64,000 nt of DNA, from positions 32,001 to 96,000 of the IMG/VR virus record IMGVR_UViG_3300037249_001368; one strand, written 5' to 3'. Positions 29,250-39,608 of the stretch are shown piece by piece. The stretch is from a virus. Taxonomy: Duplodnaviria; Caudoviricetes. A model generated the notes under the pieces. That model did not search any database and was not told the origin of the DNA. It saw only the letters and a program-made list of their open reading frames with translations. The stretch's first letter is position 1, and every line of letters begins with the position of its first letter. Both the position numbers and the translations under genes were made by a program.

Positions 29250-32200
29250 ATGGAAGGAATACAAAAATTTTCCCAAGGCAATCAGATATTTTCTGAAATA
29301 TACGACTCGAAGACTGGTGTATTAAACAAGGCTATACACCAGCTTTCGGGGCGTTATAAGGTTATTGTGTCATCCCGTAGCAACGGTTATCAGTTATACT
29401 TGGCTGATTACACTGGTTATAAGGTTGAACTGGACGTTACCAAGGATTTCATGTCACAGGTTTCGGAATTTCTGAAAACACCTACAACCATCGACGAAAA
29501 GAAAACACTGTACGGAGGCTACTCCGACAACAAGGCGTATTCATGGCATATCCCCATGTATATTTCGTCAGCTGACACTAATCTCCCCGAATTTTTCCTG
29601 ATTTTCAAAACTGACAACAAACGCAGTTCTGACATATACCCCGAAAGCCTTCCAAAGATTTTCAATTATTCAACGCCAATCGACGTTATTGATTTGAATA
29701 AGGTTTTCGTCACCAACATTTTCAAGACGATTCAGGAACTCAAATCTTCCGAAATGTATCTCGATTGTCCATTACAACTGTATTGGAGTGGTGACGACAA
29801 ACTGACATCAATCATTTTACATGGTTTTGATTATGACAAAGGGTGTGTTACCAAGAAGGAAATCAACATCAAGGAATACGTCCAAAACCGTATCAATAAA
29901 ACAAGGGAACAGGCGGTTGATAGTGATGGTTTGCCTGATGACACGTTCAAAAGCATTGAGAAAATCATCCGCAAGTTCCAAAACACTGTAAACAACACTG
30001 ATAAAACCGACGGAAGGGTGAATCAAAACGGCGTGGTGACTGCTAACAGAAACGCTCAACCGAATTACTCACTCACACTTGCAAGTCACCAATCAGGCGG
30101 CATCGCTCCTTCATCAGAAACAACCGACGCCTTTGACATAGACGAGAGAGTTGAATCAGTGCCAGAAGAGAACATTTCAGAGTATGACGACTTTGCTTTT
30201 TTCAATAATCTAATCCTTGAATTATTCGAGGAGAACCACCTGATTTTCCCAAGATTTATCAACATCGAGTTTGAATTTGATTATGAACGTCCTGCTGATT
30301 ATGTTTGTGATTTTCAAAACTTTTTCGGTTACTTCGCCAACATCACCGAAGATAAATTAGAACTCAGCAAACAGCTTAAGATTTACCGTCACAAACCGAA
30401 TACCGTTCCGATTGAGTTCAATGAGATAGACCCATTGAACCCTGCATCATACACCATTTCTCAGCGAAAAGAATTGGTAAATGTTTTGCATGTTCAAGAC
30501 ATTAAGGAACAAGATTATTTGGCTATTGTGAAGCCAAGTAGAATCACCACCAACGACAAGATTCTGATAATTTCTGATGACGAGGAAATCATTGAGTTTT
30601 ATATCGAGACTCAGAACATCAAACCAACTCGTTACGAAACCATGATTAACATCGGAAACAGGATTCAGTACCTGACGAATGATTACATCACGGTGGAAAC
30701 GACTCAGGACCTCCAATGGAGATTTAAGTGCTGCTCAGAATTTCATTTGAAGTTCATGACTGGAACACACCCCAGCCGTAATTATACCATCATTCAGGAA
30801 GCAGAAAACATAAATCTTAATGACGTTCAGTTGATTGATACGGGTGACTTGGAAAACCTGCCAAGAGACCTAACAATCAATGATGAAGAATACACCATTG
30901 TTAAAAGATTCGTGTATGACGGTCATCAGATATTAAGACTAGACCTTAATCCCCAATTACGATATCTGACAGAAGCCAAGGTTTATGATTGGTTCAGTGA
31001 GGAGATGTATTTCTTCTATCCAATCCCGTTCCTGAATAAGTTCAATGACATTCAAACACGAGAGCTTTTTAACGCAGCACTTTACGCTGAAGAAATCAAA
31101 GACGTTGTGCCAGTTTATGTTTCCACGGTACCATCACCATATCAGTACCGCAAACCCGAACAGATTGTCATTGATAATAATTCAGAATGTGTGTTTGTTT
31201 CTGGAAGCACCAATTTTGTGAACATTCACACACTGAATTATGATGACATTTTTGGTCGCAAGAATGGTTGTTTGGAGAAGTACCCATCTTATTTCCTAAT
31301 TAAAGGTCAGTGCCCTGAATATTTGATGTATGACTTCCGCTCATACAGATATTTTGAGAAAGAACCACAACTTCGTTCCACCCTAAAACGCATCAACGCC
31401 AACACTTGTGAATGTGTTTTCTTGGGAACAAAGTTCTCAACAGACATCAAATACGAAGGTTATAAACTTTGTGCCTACGTGGACCTCAAAGCCGAAGCAG
31501 AGCACGAGGGAGAGTATTACTGCATCATTGACAATGCCAAAAAACACATAGACATAGTCATAAACAAGCCGTTGGAGTTTACTGGAATCAACGCTATAGA
31601 TTTGTCGATATTCAAGAACATCAACAGCAGTTTTGTTTTCAGTGAAGAGCATCACGAAGTTTTCTCACAAACAGGGTTTAAGTTCTGTGACGAAATCACG
31701 AACCAAGAACTTATGTTGTCAGGATACCAATCGCGAATCGTCAACAACAAATTCCTCGTCCTGAGAAATAGAATGTATCAGGATACTTTCATGACCATGT
31801 ATGAGGAAGGAGGTGACATTCTTGGTCATTACTACGCCATACTACCAAAATCAGAAGCAGATGATACCGTTGGTTTGGTGTTTACAATCAAGTTCATAAA
31901 CCCATCCCAAATCCAAGACAATTCGTTTTTGTGTGATGATATCGAACTAAGAATCATGTACACGGTTTTGGAAGATTGGGAACCGACGGAAATCTTCCAC
32001 CAATATGATGATTCAGGTTATTACGAAACCTATGAGCAGTTCCGTATCAACATTGATAATTCGAGGAAGTTACACAGAAAGTACATTCACGAACTACCTG
32101 ACTTCCCCGAGCCAATCATGCTCCGTCGTTATCTGAAAGAAATAAGCAATCCCGTGGACAGAGCAATGGCCACCCAAGTCATATCTCTGAAATCGCAATA

Positions 32201-33146
32201 TTTCAGCTTTACATACAAACCGACTGGCGAAAAAGAGTTGATGACATTCCCTCAATTCTATGACCAGACCCTCGTAAGCGACAGAAATCAGTTCGAGCAA
32301 CTCATAAATCCTCATTACAACGGCACATCATACGACACTGAGTTCAGTTCCATTCTTTCAAACAGCAACAACAATTATGACATAACGCTGTTTGACACAA
32401 ACAAAATCTGGCAGATTGTGGCTGTCATGTGTAATGATATGACGTCACCTCACATGACACTCCATCAGTTACAGACATACCTCAGCGGTTTCAACTTTGA
32501 GTTTTTCGCAAATTGGTTAAACAGCAACCTGTTACACATTTACGGGACAGAGGACAGCATTAAAATCAGGGTTATTGATATGGATGTTAACCTTGACCGT
32601 GATAACAGAAGAATGTGGAGGTATTCAACATTCTACAAAAACTATCTGACCGAGTACCAAAACATGTTACAATTCCAAAACATCAGGTATTCAGACAGAT
32701 TGGTCCTCTTCACAATCTTCAGCAAAAATTATGGCTATTACCTCGACGAGACGTACCAAGAATCATTGAAATATGACGTCGGTGCAACAGGCATTTGGGG
32801 CGAGGTTCATAACTTGGTTTCGTCATTATTCACTGGCGAAGATTTGTCAGTGAAAGTTGAGTTTAATCAACAGTTGAATGTTGCCAAAGAACTCGTTGGT
32901 CGTTTGTATTACGACAAAATGATAATAAATAACGAGAATAATAGATACTTAAAGAATCAGTCCATAAATGTACGACAATACATCAAGGAAATTTACCCAA
33001 AATACATCTTGGATAATTTCTACGACGTGGAGTCAGTTTTGGTCGACGGTTCAAGAGTGGACTTTGAATACAACAAATATGATTACAGCCTTAAACTCTA
33101 CACAGAGGAAGGAACTGAAGTCATGATAAATCTTGTCAGAATCTGA
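29250..33146 (+). CDS. Large hypothetical (probably structural) protein
   Basis: 1298 aa ORF behind a TAATACATA motif. Confidence 0.7.
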   Translation: MEGIQKFSQGNQIFSEIYDSKTGVLNKAIHQLSGRYKVIVSSRSNGYQLYLADYTGYKVELDVTKDFMSQVSEFLKTPTTIDEKKTLYGGYSDNKAYSWHIPMYISSADTNLPEFFLIFKTDNKRSSDIYPESLPKIFNYSTPIDVIDLNKVFVTNIFKTIQELKSSEMYLDCPLQLYWSGDDKLTSIILHGFDYDKGCVTKKEINIKEYVQNRINKTREQAVDSDGLPDDTFKSIEKIIRKFQNTVNNTDKTDGRVNQNGVVTANRNAQPNYSLTLASHQSGGIAPSSETTDAFDIDERVESVPEENISEYDDFAFFNNLILELFEENHLIFPRFINIEFEFDYERPADYVCDFQNFFGYFANITEDKLELSKQLKIYRHKPNTVPIEFNEIDPLNPASYTISQRKELVNVLHVQDIKEQDYLAIVKPSRITTNDKILIISDDEEIIEFYIETQNIKPTRYETMINIGNRIQYLTNDYITVETTQDLQWRFKCCSEFHLKFMTGTHPSRNYTIIQEAENINLNDVQLIDTGDLENLPRDLTINDEEYTIVKRFVYDGHQILRLDLNPQLRYLTEAKVYDWFSEEMYFFYPIPFLNKFNDIQTRELFNAALYAEEIKDVVPVYVSTVPSPYQYRKPEQIVIDNNSECVFVSGSTNFVNIHTLNYDDIFGRKNGCLEKYPSYFLIKGQCPEYLMYDFRSYRYFEKEPQLRSTLKRINANTCECVFLGTKFSTDIKYEGYKLCAYVDLKAEAEHEGEYYCIIDNAKKHIDIVINKPLEFTGINAIDLSIFKNINSSFVFSEEHHEVFSQTGFKFCDEITNQELMLSGYQSRIVNNKFLVLRNRMYQDTFMTMYEEGGDILGHYYAILPKSEADDTVGLVFTIKFINPSQIQDNSFLCDDIELRIMYTVLEDWEPTEIFHQYDDSGYYETYEQFRINIDNSRKLHRKYIHELPDFPEPIMLRRYLKEISNPVDRAMATQVISLKSQYFSFTYKPTGEKELMTFPQFYDQTLVSDRNQFEQLINPHYNGTSYDTEFSSILSNSNNNYDITLFDTNKIWQIVAVMCNDMTSPHMTLHQLQTYLSGFNFEFFANWLNSNLLHIYGTEDSIKIRVIDMDVNLDRDNRRMWRYSTFYKNYLTEYQNMLQFQNIRYSDRLVLFTIFSKNYGYYLDETYQESLKYDVGATGIWGEVHNLVSSLFTGEDLSVKVEFNQQLNVAKELVGRLYYDKMIINNENNRYLKNQSINVRQYIKEIYPKYILDNFYDVESVLVDGSRVDFEYNKYDYSLKLYTEEGTEVMINLVRI

Positions 33147-33175
33147 GCACGAACGTCCGAAGGATGTGAGTGGTC
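33144..33175 (+). repeat. Stop-codon hairpin family copy E
   Basis: TGAGCAC-GAA-CGTCC-GAA-GGATG-TGA-GTGGTC; overlaps the TGA stop. Confidence 0.9.
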
Positions 33176-33189
33176 GTAAAATCAGGAGC

Positions 33190-33531
33190 ATGAAAAGAAT
33201 ACCCGTAAATGCAGGAGAGTTAAACAACCTCCAAGGAAAGATAAACATGTATCTAAACTCAATCACCGAACGAGGCGCGGCTTTATCAGGTCAGGCTCAT
33301 TCGGATGGTTGTGTTTCAATCATAATTTCGGTATCAGGTATCCGTGGCGTCATCCAACGCACATTGGTTTTAATCAAAACCGAACAAACCGTCACCAAAG
33401 ACGGAATCACCGGTGCTGTTTGGCATGGTTACATGAACGGTGTCGGTTACGAACTCGCCACCCTGACCGAACTCAAAAACCTCATCGGTATCCAAACGAG
33501 AATGATGCGTAGCCTTGCTTTACAGCGTTGA
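33190..33531 (+). CDS. Hypothetical protein
   Basis: ATG at 33190 within ORF 33133..33531. Confidence 0.65.
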   Translation: MKRIPVNAGELNNLQGKINMYLNSITERGAALSGQAHSDGCVSIIISVSGIRGVIQRTLVLIKTEQTVTKDGITGAVWHGYMNGVGYELATLTELKNLIGIQTRMMRSLALQR

Positions 33532-33556
33532 CACATTCTACTAAAATCATTAAGAG

Positions 33557-36500
33557 ATGCAAACACTACAAAAAGTCGAATTTGACAATCTAGCCACATT
33601 TCTGGCCACGATAAACAACAACTTTGCGATAATTCAGAACTCACCCCTGTTTAAGGGTGTTCCTGGTGAACAAGGTGAACAAGGTGAAACAGGTTCTCAA
33701 GGTGACCGTGGAACAAAGATTCTCCCTGTCATGTTTGATAAGTTCGTGGAAGTGTTTCCCGAATTACAAGGACAGTATGTTTCGGCGTTATCACCTGATT
33801 TCATCAACAGCAAGCTTCTGAATGACGACGAGAGCAATACGAACTTTAACCTCATTTGTGACGCTCTTGGTTTGGATGGAGATTCACTCATGGACGGTGA
33901 TATGCTTCTGTTTGCAACCGACTTAATGATTTATGCTTACGAAGCAAGCACCAATCAGTTGGTTGAAACAGGCATCAAGTTTGCGACAGATATCAACATT
34001 CAAGAAACTATCAACACCCTGATTGAGAACTCCATGCAGGAGTATTTGGAGCAACTGAACTCAATCAAGGTTTATCTGAAACAGTATACGACAATAGCAA
34101 GTAATGATGGCGCCACCGCAGCACCGACTGTCAGTAACGCCACGACATATTTTCCGTACATCCCGATTGGTAACATGCCCAGACAACTGGACGTGACCAA
34201 TCAGGATGTCCTTGCTATTAAGCATAAGTATTTCGGAATCGACGACGGTGAAACCAATCAGGAAAACGACTACTACACAGACAGCAGTTTTGGTGTAACA
34301 ACGGTTCTTGGTTCCATCCGCCAATACGTCAAGATTTTAAGAAATGGTACCAACCAAAACCTGTCAGGAAACATTGTGAATCCTACCAACAATCGTATGC
34401 CGTCGTTGGTTGTTATGCAAAACAGTTACGAGTCAGGCTTACTGATTGGCCACAAGAACGCTGAAAACATGTCACAATATACGGTAATGTATCGTGACAG
34501 CAACGGCAGTTTCCATATCAAGCGTGAGCACAAATGGAATCTTACTCAACAGGTGACTGAATTGGTGTTAGGTGCTGGTTTCGTGAATTGTAATAGTAAC
34601 TTCAGACTCACTGACCATGCCAACATGATTTCGGATTTCTTGACAAGTAACTATCTGCAATCAACTGTTGATTTTGGTTATGATACCAGCACATCAAAAA
34701 TCACATTCAAATCTCGTGTTCTTAATTACGCTCAGTTTACCGCTGGTAGAATCATGGAAACTGATAACCATAAGAACTTAACCACAAACAAGAGATTTGA
34801 CGTTGCTTTTGAAAGCACGCTGAACTCTTCAAATTATCAGACTAAACTGAATCAATATTTTGGTTACAACACTACAGGAACTCTGACTGATTCAGAAGCA
34901 ATAAACCTCATACCTTCCCAAAAGACAATTAAATACGTATACAAAGCCTTTGCTCATATTCTTGAAGATGTTTGGTACAAACCCGAGTACTACATTTTGA
35001 CACCAGGCTTCCAAACATTTGATAGACCGATAACCATCGACAGAATACCTTCAATGAAACTCTATAAGGATTTCATTGTTGGTTCTGACTATTTGGATGG
35101 TTATATGTACCAGTTAGAAGACCAACAAGAAGAACCTGAACAGCAAGAACGCGGTGGTGACGAAACTGGTGACGAGGGTAGGGGTATCGCCAAAACAAAG
35201 AAAACCTTCTCTCACCCGTTGGAGATTCATCTCATTAACATCGGGGCATACAACATCGGTTATGACGTAATGTTCATAGGCAGATATAATCAGGAAGGAA
35301 AACGACTCTATTCCCGATTAGACCTGCACATGGATTGGCATCAACTGATTTTGGACAAGATGGCTAAGCGTTCAGTGCTTACGGTTGGTGACAATCACAT
35401 TCTTGACGAAGATTTCCAATACGCAGATTGGACGGATTCCAAAAACGATTTCGAGTATCTTGTTCAGCAAGATGTCCACAACTGGTGGTTGAAGGACGAA
35501 AACTTTGATTTCAGGAAATACTCCAACCGCTATTGGAACGACCACACTAATTACCAAAGGGAAGGTTTCTCAGGAATCAATAACATGGGAACCGACGACC
35601 TGACACGCAGGAAGAGATTCTTGACAGGTCGTCATTTCAGGGTTATCATGGTGATTTTCAACGAGATATCCTATTGGTTCAGATATCTGCTAAATGTTCA
35701 ACAGGAAATGAACCAAACAATGCAAGAAGATTTGGTTCCTGAAGGAGCAGTGATTGCTTACAATCCTCCAATCAATATCAAGGACGGACGTGATTACAAA
35801 TACTTTACCTTGCCCGATGGATGGGTGCCGTGTTTGGGTGGTGAACTTCTCGAAAGCACGACAGCCAACCCGAGTTCTGAATCAGCCGTTGTTTGTAAGT
35901 ACGCGGTCCCCGATATGAGATGTCGCTCAATCATTGGTTATGATTGGGACCTTAATCAGTTATACAATCCTGCTGGTGACTTCTACACCAAGGCACATAT
36001 GCAACAGGGTGAAGTAGCAACATGGCACAGAACACAAGCATCAGATGGTTCTACTTTACCGTCTCTGTTATCAGCAACTAATTATTTGTCAAGAGAAGAC
36101 CCGTGGACACAACAGCACAACGCTCATAACATAGCCCTCGGTGGAACTGAGGTTGATGCCAAACTCGGTGATTATTCGAGAGAGGACGCTGAATTTAGAT
36201 TGGGTGAGAGAGATTATTTGCTTGCATATTACTCAGGCAAGGAACAAGAGATTTACGCAACATTCAATAAGTTCGCTCACATGCACCCCTTCGTGCGACT
36301 GGTCTACATTCAGAAAGCCGTCAAACCGAAGGCATCACCCAATAACTACATTTGGTATCATCTGACCGTAGGTAAGAAAGATGTGTATATCCCGATTTAC
36401 TGGCCCGATTCTAAACCATCAGTGCTCGAAGTCTATGACGCCCAGATTTATTATGGAACGGGCGGTGGAAGTGGTAGCGGAACCCACAGTATTATCGACA

Positions 36501-36736
36501 GTTACACTTCATCACAAACCCAAGATGATTCCAACAGCTCAGGAAGCAACTCCAATAACTCCTCAGCAAACAAACCTGACGAGAAACCCGATGAAAAACC
36601 TGACAGTGGTTCAAGCACCAGCATTGGAACGAGCTCAGGCAACTCGGGAAACAGTGAAAATAGTTCAGGGAGCTCAGGAAGTAGCTCAAGTTCAGCATCC
36701 GAAGACTCAGGTAACGGGGATTCAGGTAGGGTTTAA
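33557..36736 (+). CDS. Baseplate/tail-fibre protein with short collagen-like segment, tail-collar-like domain and Ser-rich tail
   Basis: GVPGEQGEQGETGSQGDRG; VPEGAVIAY...LPDGWVPCLG...VPDMRCRSIIG; Ser/Gly/Asn-rich C-terminus. Confidence 0.7.
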   Translation: MQTLQKVEFDNLATFLATINNNFAIIQNSPLFKGVPGEQGEQGETGSQGDRGTKILPVMFDKFVEVFPELQGQYVSALSPDFINSKLLNDDESNTNFNLICDALGLDGDSLMDGDMLLFATDLMIYAYEASTNQLVETGIKFATDINIQETINTLIENSMQEYLEQLNSIKVYLKQYTTIASNDGATAAPTVSNATTYFPYIPIGNMPRQLDVTNQDVLAIKHKYFGIDDGETNQENDYYTDSSFGVTTVLGSIRQYVKILRNGTNQNLSGNIVNPTNNRMPSLVVMQNSYESGLLIGHKNAENMSQYTVMYRDSNGSFHIKREHKWNLTQQVTELVLGAGFVNCNSNFRLTDHANMISDFLTSNYLQSTVDFGYDTSTSKITFKSRVLNYAQFTAGRIMETDNHKNLTTNKRFDVAFESTLNSSNYQTKLNQYFGYNTTGTLTDSEAINLIPSQKTIKYVYKAFAHILEDVWYKPEYYILTPGFQTFDRPITIDRIPSMKLYKDFIVGSDYLDGYMYQLEDQQEEPEQQERGGDETGDEGRGIAKTKKTFSHPLEIHLINIGAYNIGYDVMFIGRYNQEGKRLYSRLDLHMDWHQLILDKMAKRSVLTVGDNHILDEDFQYADWTDSKNDFEYLVQQDVHNWWLKDENFDFRKYSNRYWNDHTNYQREGFSGINNMGTDDLTRRKRFLTGRHFRVIMVIFNEISYWFRYLLNVQQEMNQTMQEDLVPEGAVIAYNPPINIKDGRDYKYFTLPDGWVPCLGGELLESTTANPSSESAVVCKYAVPDMRCRSIIGYDWDLNQLYNPAGDFYTKAHMQQGEVATWHRTQASDGSTLPSLLSATNYLSREDPWTQQHNAHNIALGGTEVDAKLGDYSREDAEFRLGERDYLLAYYSGKEQEIYATFNKFAHMHPFVRLVYIQKAVKPKASPNNYIWYHLTVGKKDVYIPIYWPDSKPSVLEVYDAQIYYGTGGGSGSGTHSIIDSYTSSQTQDDSNSSGSNSNNSSANKPDEKPDEKPDSGSSTSIGTSSGNSGNSENSSGSSGSSSSSASEDSGNGDSGRV

Positions 36737-37043
36737 CCAACCTGAACCCCAAATTTCCTGTTCTTTGCCTTATAATTTCAAATATATAAAAAAGAGCCAA
36801 GTCGCCCTTATATAACTTATTGATTATCAAGTAGTTATGAATTTAACACTATTTTCAAGGAGTTAAATGGATTTAGCGTTTGTAACTAATTGATTATCAA
36901 GCGTCTACGAAACGCTGATTTGACATGGGCTGATGCTTTTTAATGAAAATCCTATATAAGTAGTATACCGTTCGTATCGCCCTTTCATCAATCCGCGTTG
37001 AAAATAGCTCAAAATTCGGACTAATTCTTAAGTTCACCGATAA

Positions 37044-38813
37044 ATGGTTGTCACAGGCAATATAACAATTTATATCAAGGACAAGTTTGAAGATTTGTCC
37101 TTGCTTGAAGTGGAACTCACCCAACCAGAAAAAATCGAGGGGAGGGACGCTTTCACCGTTTTGTATGCTTATTCAGTTGACGGAACCAACTTTTCGGAAT
37201 ATTTACCGAAAGATGATATCCAAGCAGAGATTGATGAATTATCGTTGACGGAATTTTACATTTCTCTGAAAGTAAACAAGAACATCTTGCAAACCCACGA
37301 CGTCACCACAATTTATAAGCACGAAGACACCCTCGGAGAACGCAAACCAGACGTCAATACTGAAATCACGATAAAATACAACGGCGAGGAAGTCACAGAC
37401 CTTAAAGTCTCCTCTCTTGACGAACTAATTTCCCAGTACCCACTTTGGAATCTGAATAATAACCAAGATATAACCGTTCAGAGATGGATTGCCCAATGCA
37501 ACGCTTTTGCTGAAATGTATGGTCACTATGTGATTTATTTCAAGACACAACCAACAGAAGTGATTCATACACTGAAACATTACCACAAACGGGAAGTCGT
37601 CGACATCAAAAAGATACCACTCGTCCTCCACGGAAACGAGATTGGGAATGTTGATAAACTTGTTTATTCTGATTGGGACCTGCCACTTCAAGATGATTTC
37701 ATGGTTGATATTGTTTGGGATAAGTTCCAAACCGCATTTGGAGCAGGAACTATCCCCGCAGAAAAAGACTACATTTATTTCCCAATGCTGAACCGAATGT
37801 TTCGTATTGGTGTAGTTCAACCAGTGAATAAGTTCATGGGCAAAGTTGCTTGGTTCGAGGCTCAGTTGCTGAAATACGAGGAAGACGAAGACGTCTCAAT
37901 CAATCAGTCATTGGTTGATGATATGTCAGAAATACCCGATTTTCATGAAGCATTAAACATGGCCACAGCCGGTGATTTGCTTGATATAACTGGAACAGAT
38001 TACATTGAACAGAATCAAGGCACACCTATTGAGCAAGTCACCGAACATATTCAAACAGACTTAAACACATCAGAACGCATAGAGCAAAAGACAGTTATCG
38101 AGAAGCGTCACGCAACCGAAAACTATTCAAACAAATTGGTCGATTCCACCTCTTATATTTCATTGAAAGAGTCAGAAAAGTATCGTGAGTTTTTCGAGAA
38201 ACGTCTCGCAATCGTGAATGTGAAACCTGACGAGGAAACTTTCCTCGTCTCGATGTATGACAACAGCAAGGTGGAAAATAATGTTGTTGCCCTGCAATAC
38301 AGGATAGCCGACTTTACCAGTGTTTCTAAATTCAGTAACAACGTCAAAGAAAGTTATGAACTGAGTTTCGATTTTGTGCTGATGAAAAAGTTTGGTTCCA
38401 GTCTTATTTCTTTGATAGACGCATCGTCAGAAACTCCTGTAATCATTAACACTGTTTACACCGAGCGTGGAACTTATCCTAAACTGACATTCAGAAATGA
38501 CATCGGTCCTGAACAAGAGTCATTGACAATCAGTCACGAAATCAAAGAAAAAGAGTTATACAACCTGAGCATCAAATATGATTTACCAAACCAGCAATAC
38601 ATTTTTAAGTTGTATACCCTCCATAACAAAAAGAAGACTCCTGTCTATGAAAATATTCTGATTATTGAAAACCAACCACAAATAAATATAACAAATATAC
38701 ACCTTTTCGGAGGCAAGTTCCTGTCCTCAACGATAAAACTAATGATTGATGACAAGGAAATATTCAATGACATCTGCAGCCCTGTGCTGGTGATGAACAA
38801 CGATATCCGATAG
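37044..38813 (+). CDS. Neck protein, T4 gp14-like, with extensions
   Basis: YGHYVIYFK and FGAGTIPAEKDYIYFPMLNRMFRI resemble the gp14 P..GD.IYFP motif. Confidence 0.55.
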   Translation: MVVTGNITIYIKDKFEDLSLLEVELTQPEKIEGRDAFTVLYAYSVDGTNFSEYLPKDDIQAEIDELSLTEFYISLKVNKNILQTHDVTTIYKHEDTLGERKPDVNTEITIKYNGEEVTDLKVSSLDELISQYPLWNLNNNQDITVQRWIAQCNAFAEMYGHYVIYFKTQPTEVIHTLKHYHKREVVDIKKIPLVLHGNEIGNVDKLVYSDWDLPLQDDFMVDIVWDKFQTAFGAGTIPAEKDYIYFPMLNRMFRIGVVQPVNKFMGKVAWFEAQLLKYEEDEDVSINQSLVDDMSEIPDFHEALNMATAGDLLDITGTDYIEQNQGTPIEQVTEHIQTDLNTSERIEQKTVIEKRHATENYSNKLVDSTSYISLKESEKYREFFEKRLAIVNVKPDEETFLVSMYDNSKVENNVVALQYRIADFTSVSKFSNNVKESYELSFDFVLMKKFGSSLISLIDASSETPVIINTVYTERGTYPKLTFRNDIGPEQESLTISHEIKEKELYNLSIKYDLPNQQYIFKLYTLHNKKKTPVYENILIIENQPQINITNIHLFGGKFLSSTIKLMIDDKEIFNDICSPVLVMNNDIR

Positions 38814-38840
38814 CACGAACATCTGAAAAATGTGTTGCTA
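38811..38840 (+). repeat. Stop-codon hairpin family copy F (degenerate)
   Basis: TAGCAC-GAA-CATCT-GAA-AAATG-TG-TTGCTA; begins at the TAG stop. Confidence 0.75.
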
Positions 38841-38888
38841 GTAACAAGGTGATTACAATTCCAAATAATTCTGAAAAGCTGATTTAAC

Positions 38889-39539
38889 ATGGACGAAAAC
38901 AAAGATTTCATTCCTGAAAACAATTCTGATTATGATGAGGTGATACAACTCACCGAATACACTGGTGCTGGTGCAATGCCAACATTCGGTGGTGGAGCTG
39001 ATTTTGGTGCAATTGCTCAGTACGACCAAATCGACGTCGGTAATCTAGAAACCAAGTACAAAGGTCTGGCTAAGAACTTCACTGATAAAGTGAAGACTTT
39101 TGTCATGACCATGAACGACGAGGAACTGACACAGGAACATAAAGACTATATGGAAGCTGTGGCAGAAATCCAAATGTCGTCGTTAGCCGACTTGTTATAT
39201 CTCTGTGCTATTAACAAACAGATGATTAACAATGTCGTCAACAGAATTAATGCGACGATGGTTGAAGATTACGCAATCATTCAATCATACACCAGTCTTG
39301 TGAAACAACACATGATGCTGATTAAGGATTTGATGACACACTTTAAGTCAATCCCTGGTATCATGAAACGCTTAAAGACTGAAGTAATCACCGACCAGTT
39401 GCTTCCTGAAGGTCACGACGGAGAGAATTTACCAGCAGCAGAATCATTCATGAAGACTGAGGAAAACGAGTTCAACAACAGAAAGGATATGTTGCGAAAA
39501 CTCGCTGCTGAAATCAAAGAAGAGCAGACAAATTCTTGA
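38889..39539 (+). CDS. Hypothetical protein; possible terminase small subunit
   Basis: Helical 216 aa protein between neck and sheath genes; only a loose resemblance to the gp16 pattern. Confidence 0.35.
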   Translation: MDENKDFIPENNSDYDEVIQLTEYTGAGAMPTFGGGADFGAIAQYDQIDVGNLETKYKGLAKNFTDKVKTFVMTMNDEELTQEHKDYMEAVAEIQMSSLADLLYLCAINKQMINNVVNRINATMVEDYAIIQSYTSLVKQHMMLIKDLMTHFKSIPGIMKRLKTEVITDQLLPEGHDGENLPAAESFMKTEENEFNNRKDMLRKLAAEIKEEQTNS

Positions 39540-39608
39540 ATTTCATAATCGGAATATATAAATACGAAGAAACATAATTTTCAACCTTAGTATAAACATC
39601 AACAACTT

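Noticed and set aside
33133-33189. ORF-track starts at 33133, 21654 and 52346
   Set aside because: These are TTG/GTG starts that overlap or run through the hairpin element; downstream ATGs are more plausible.
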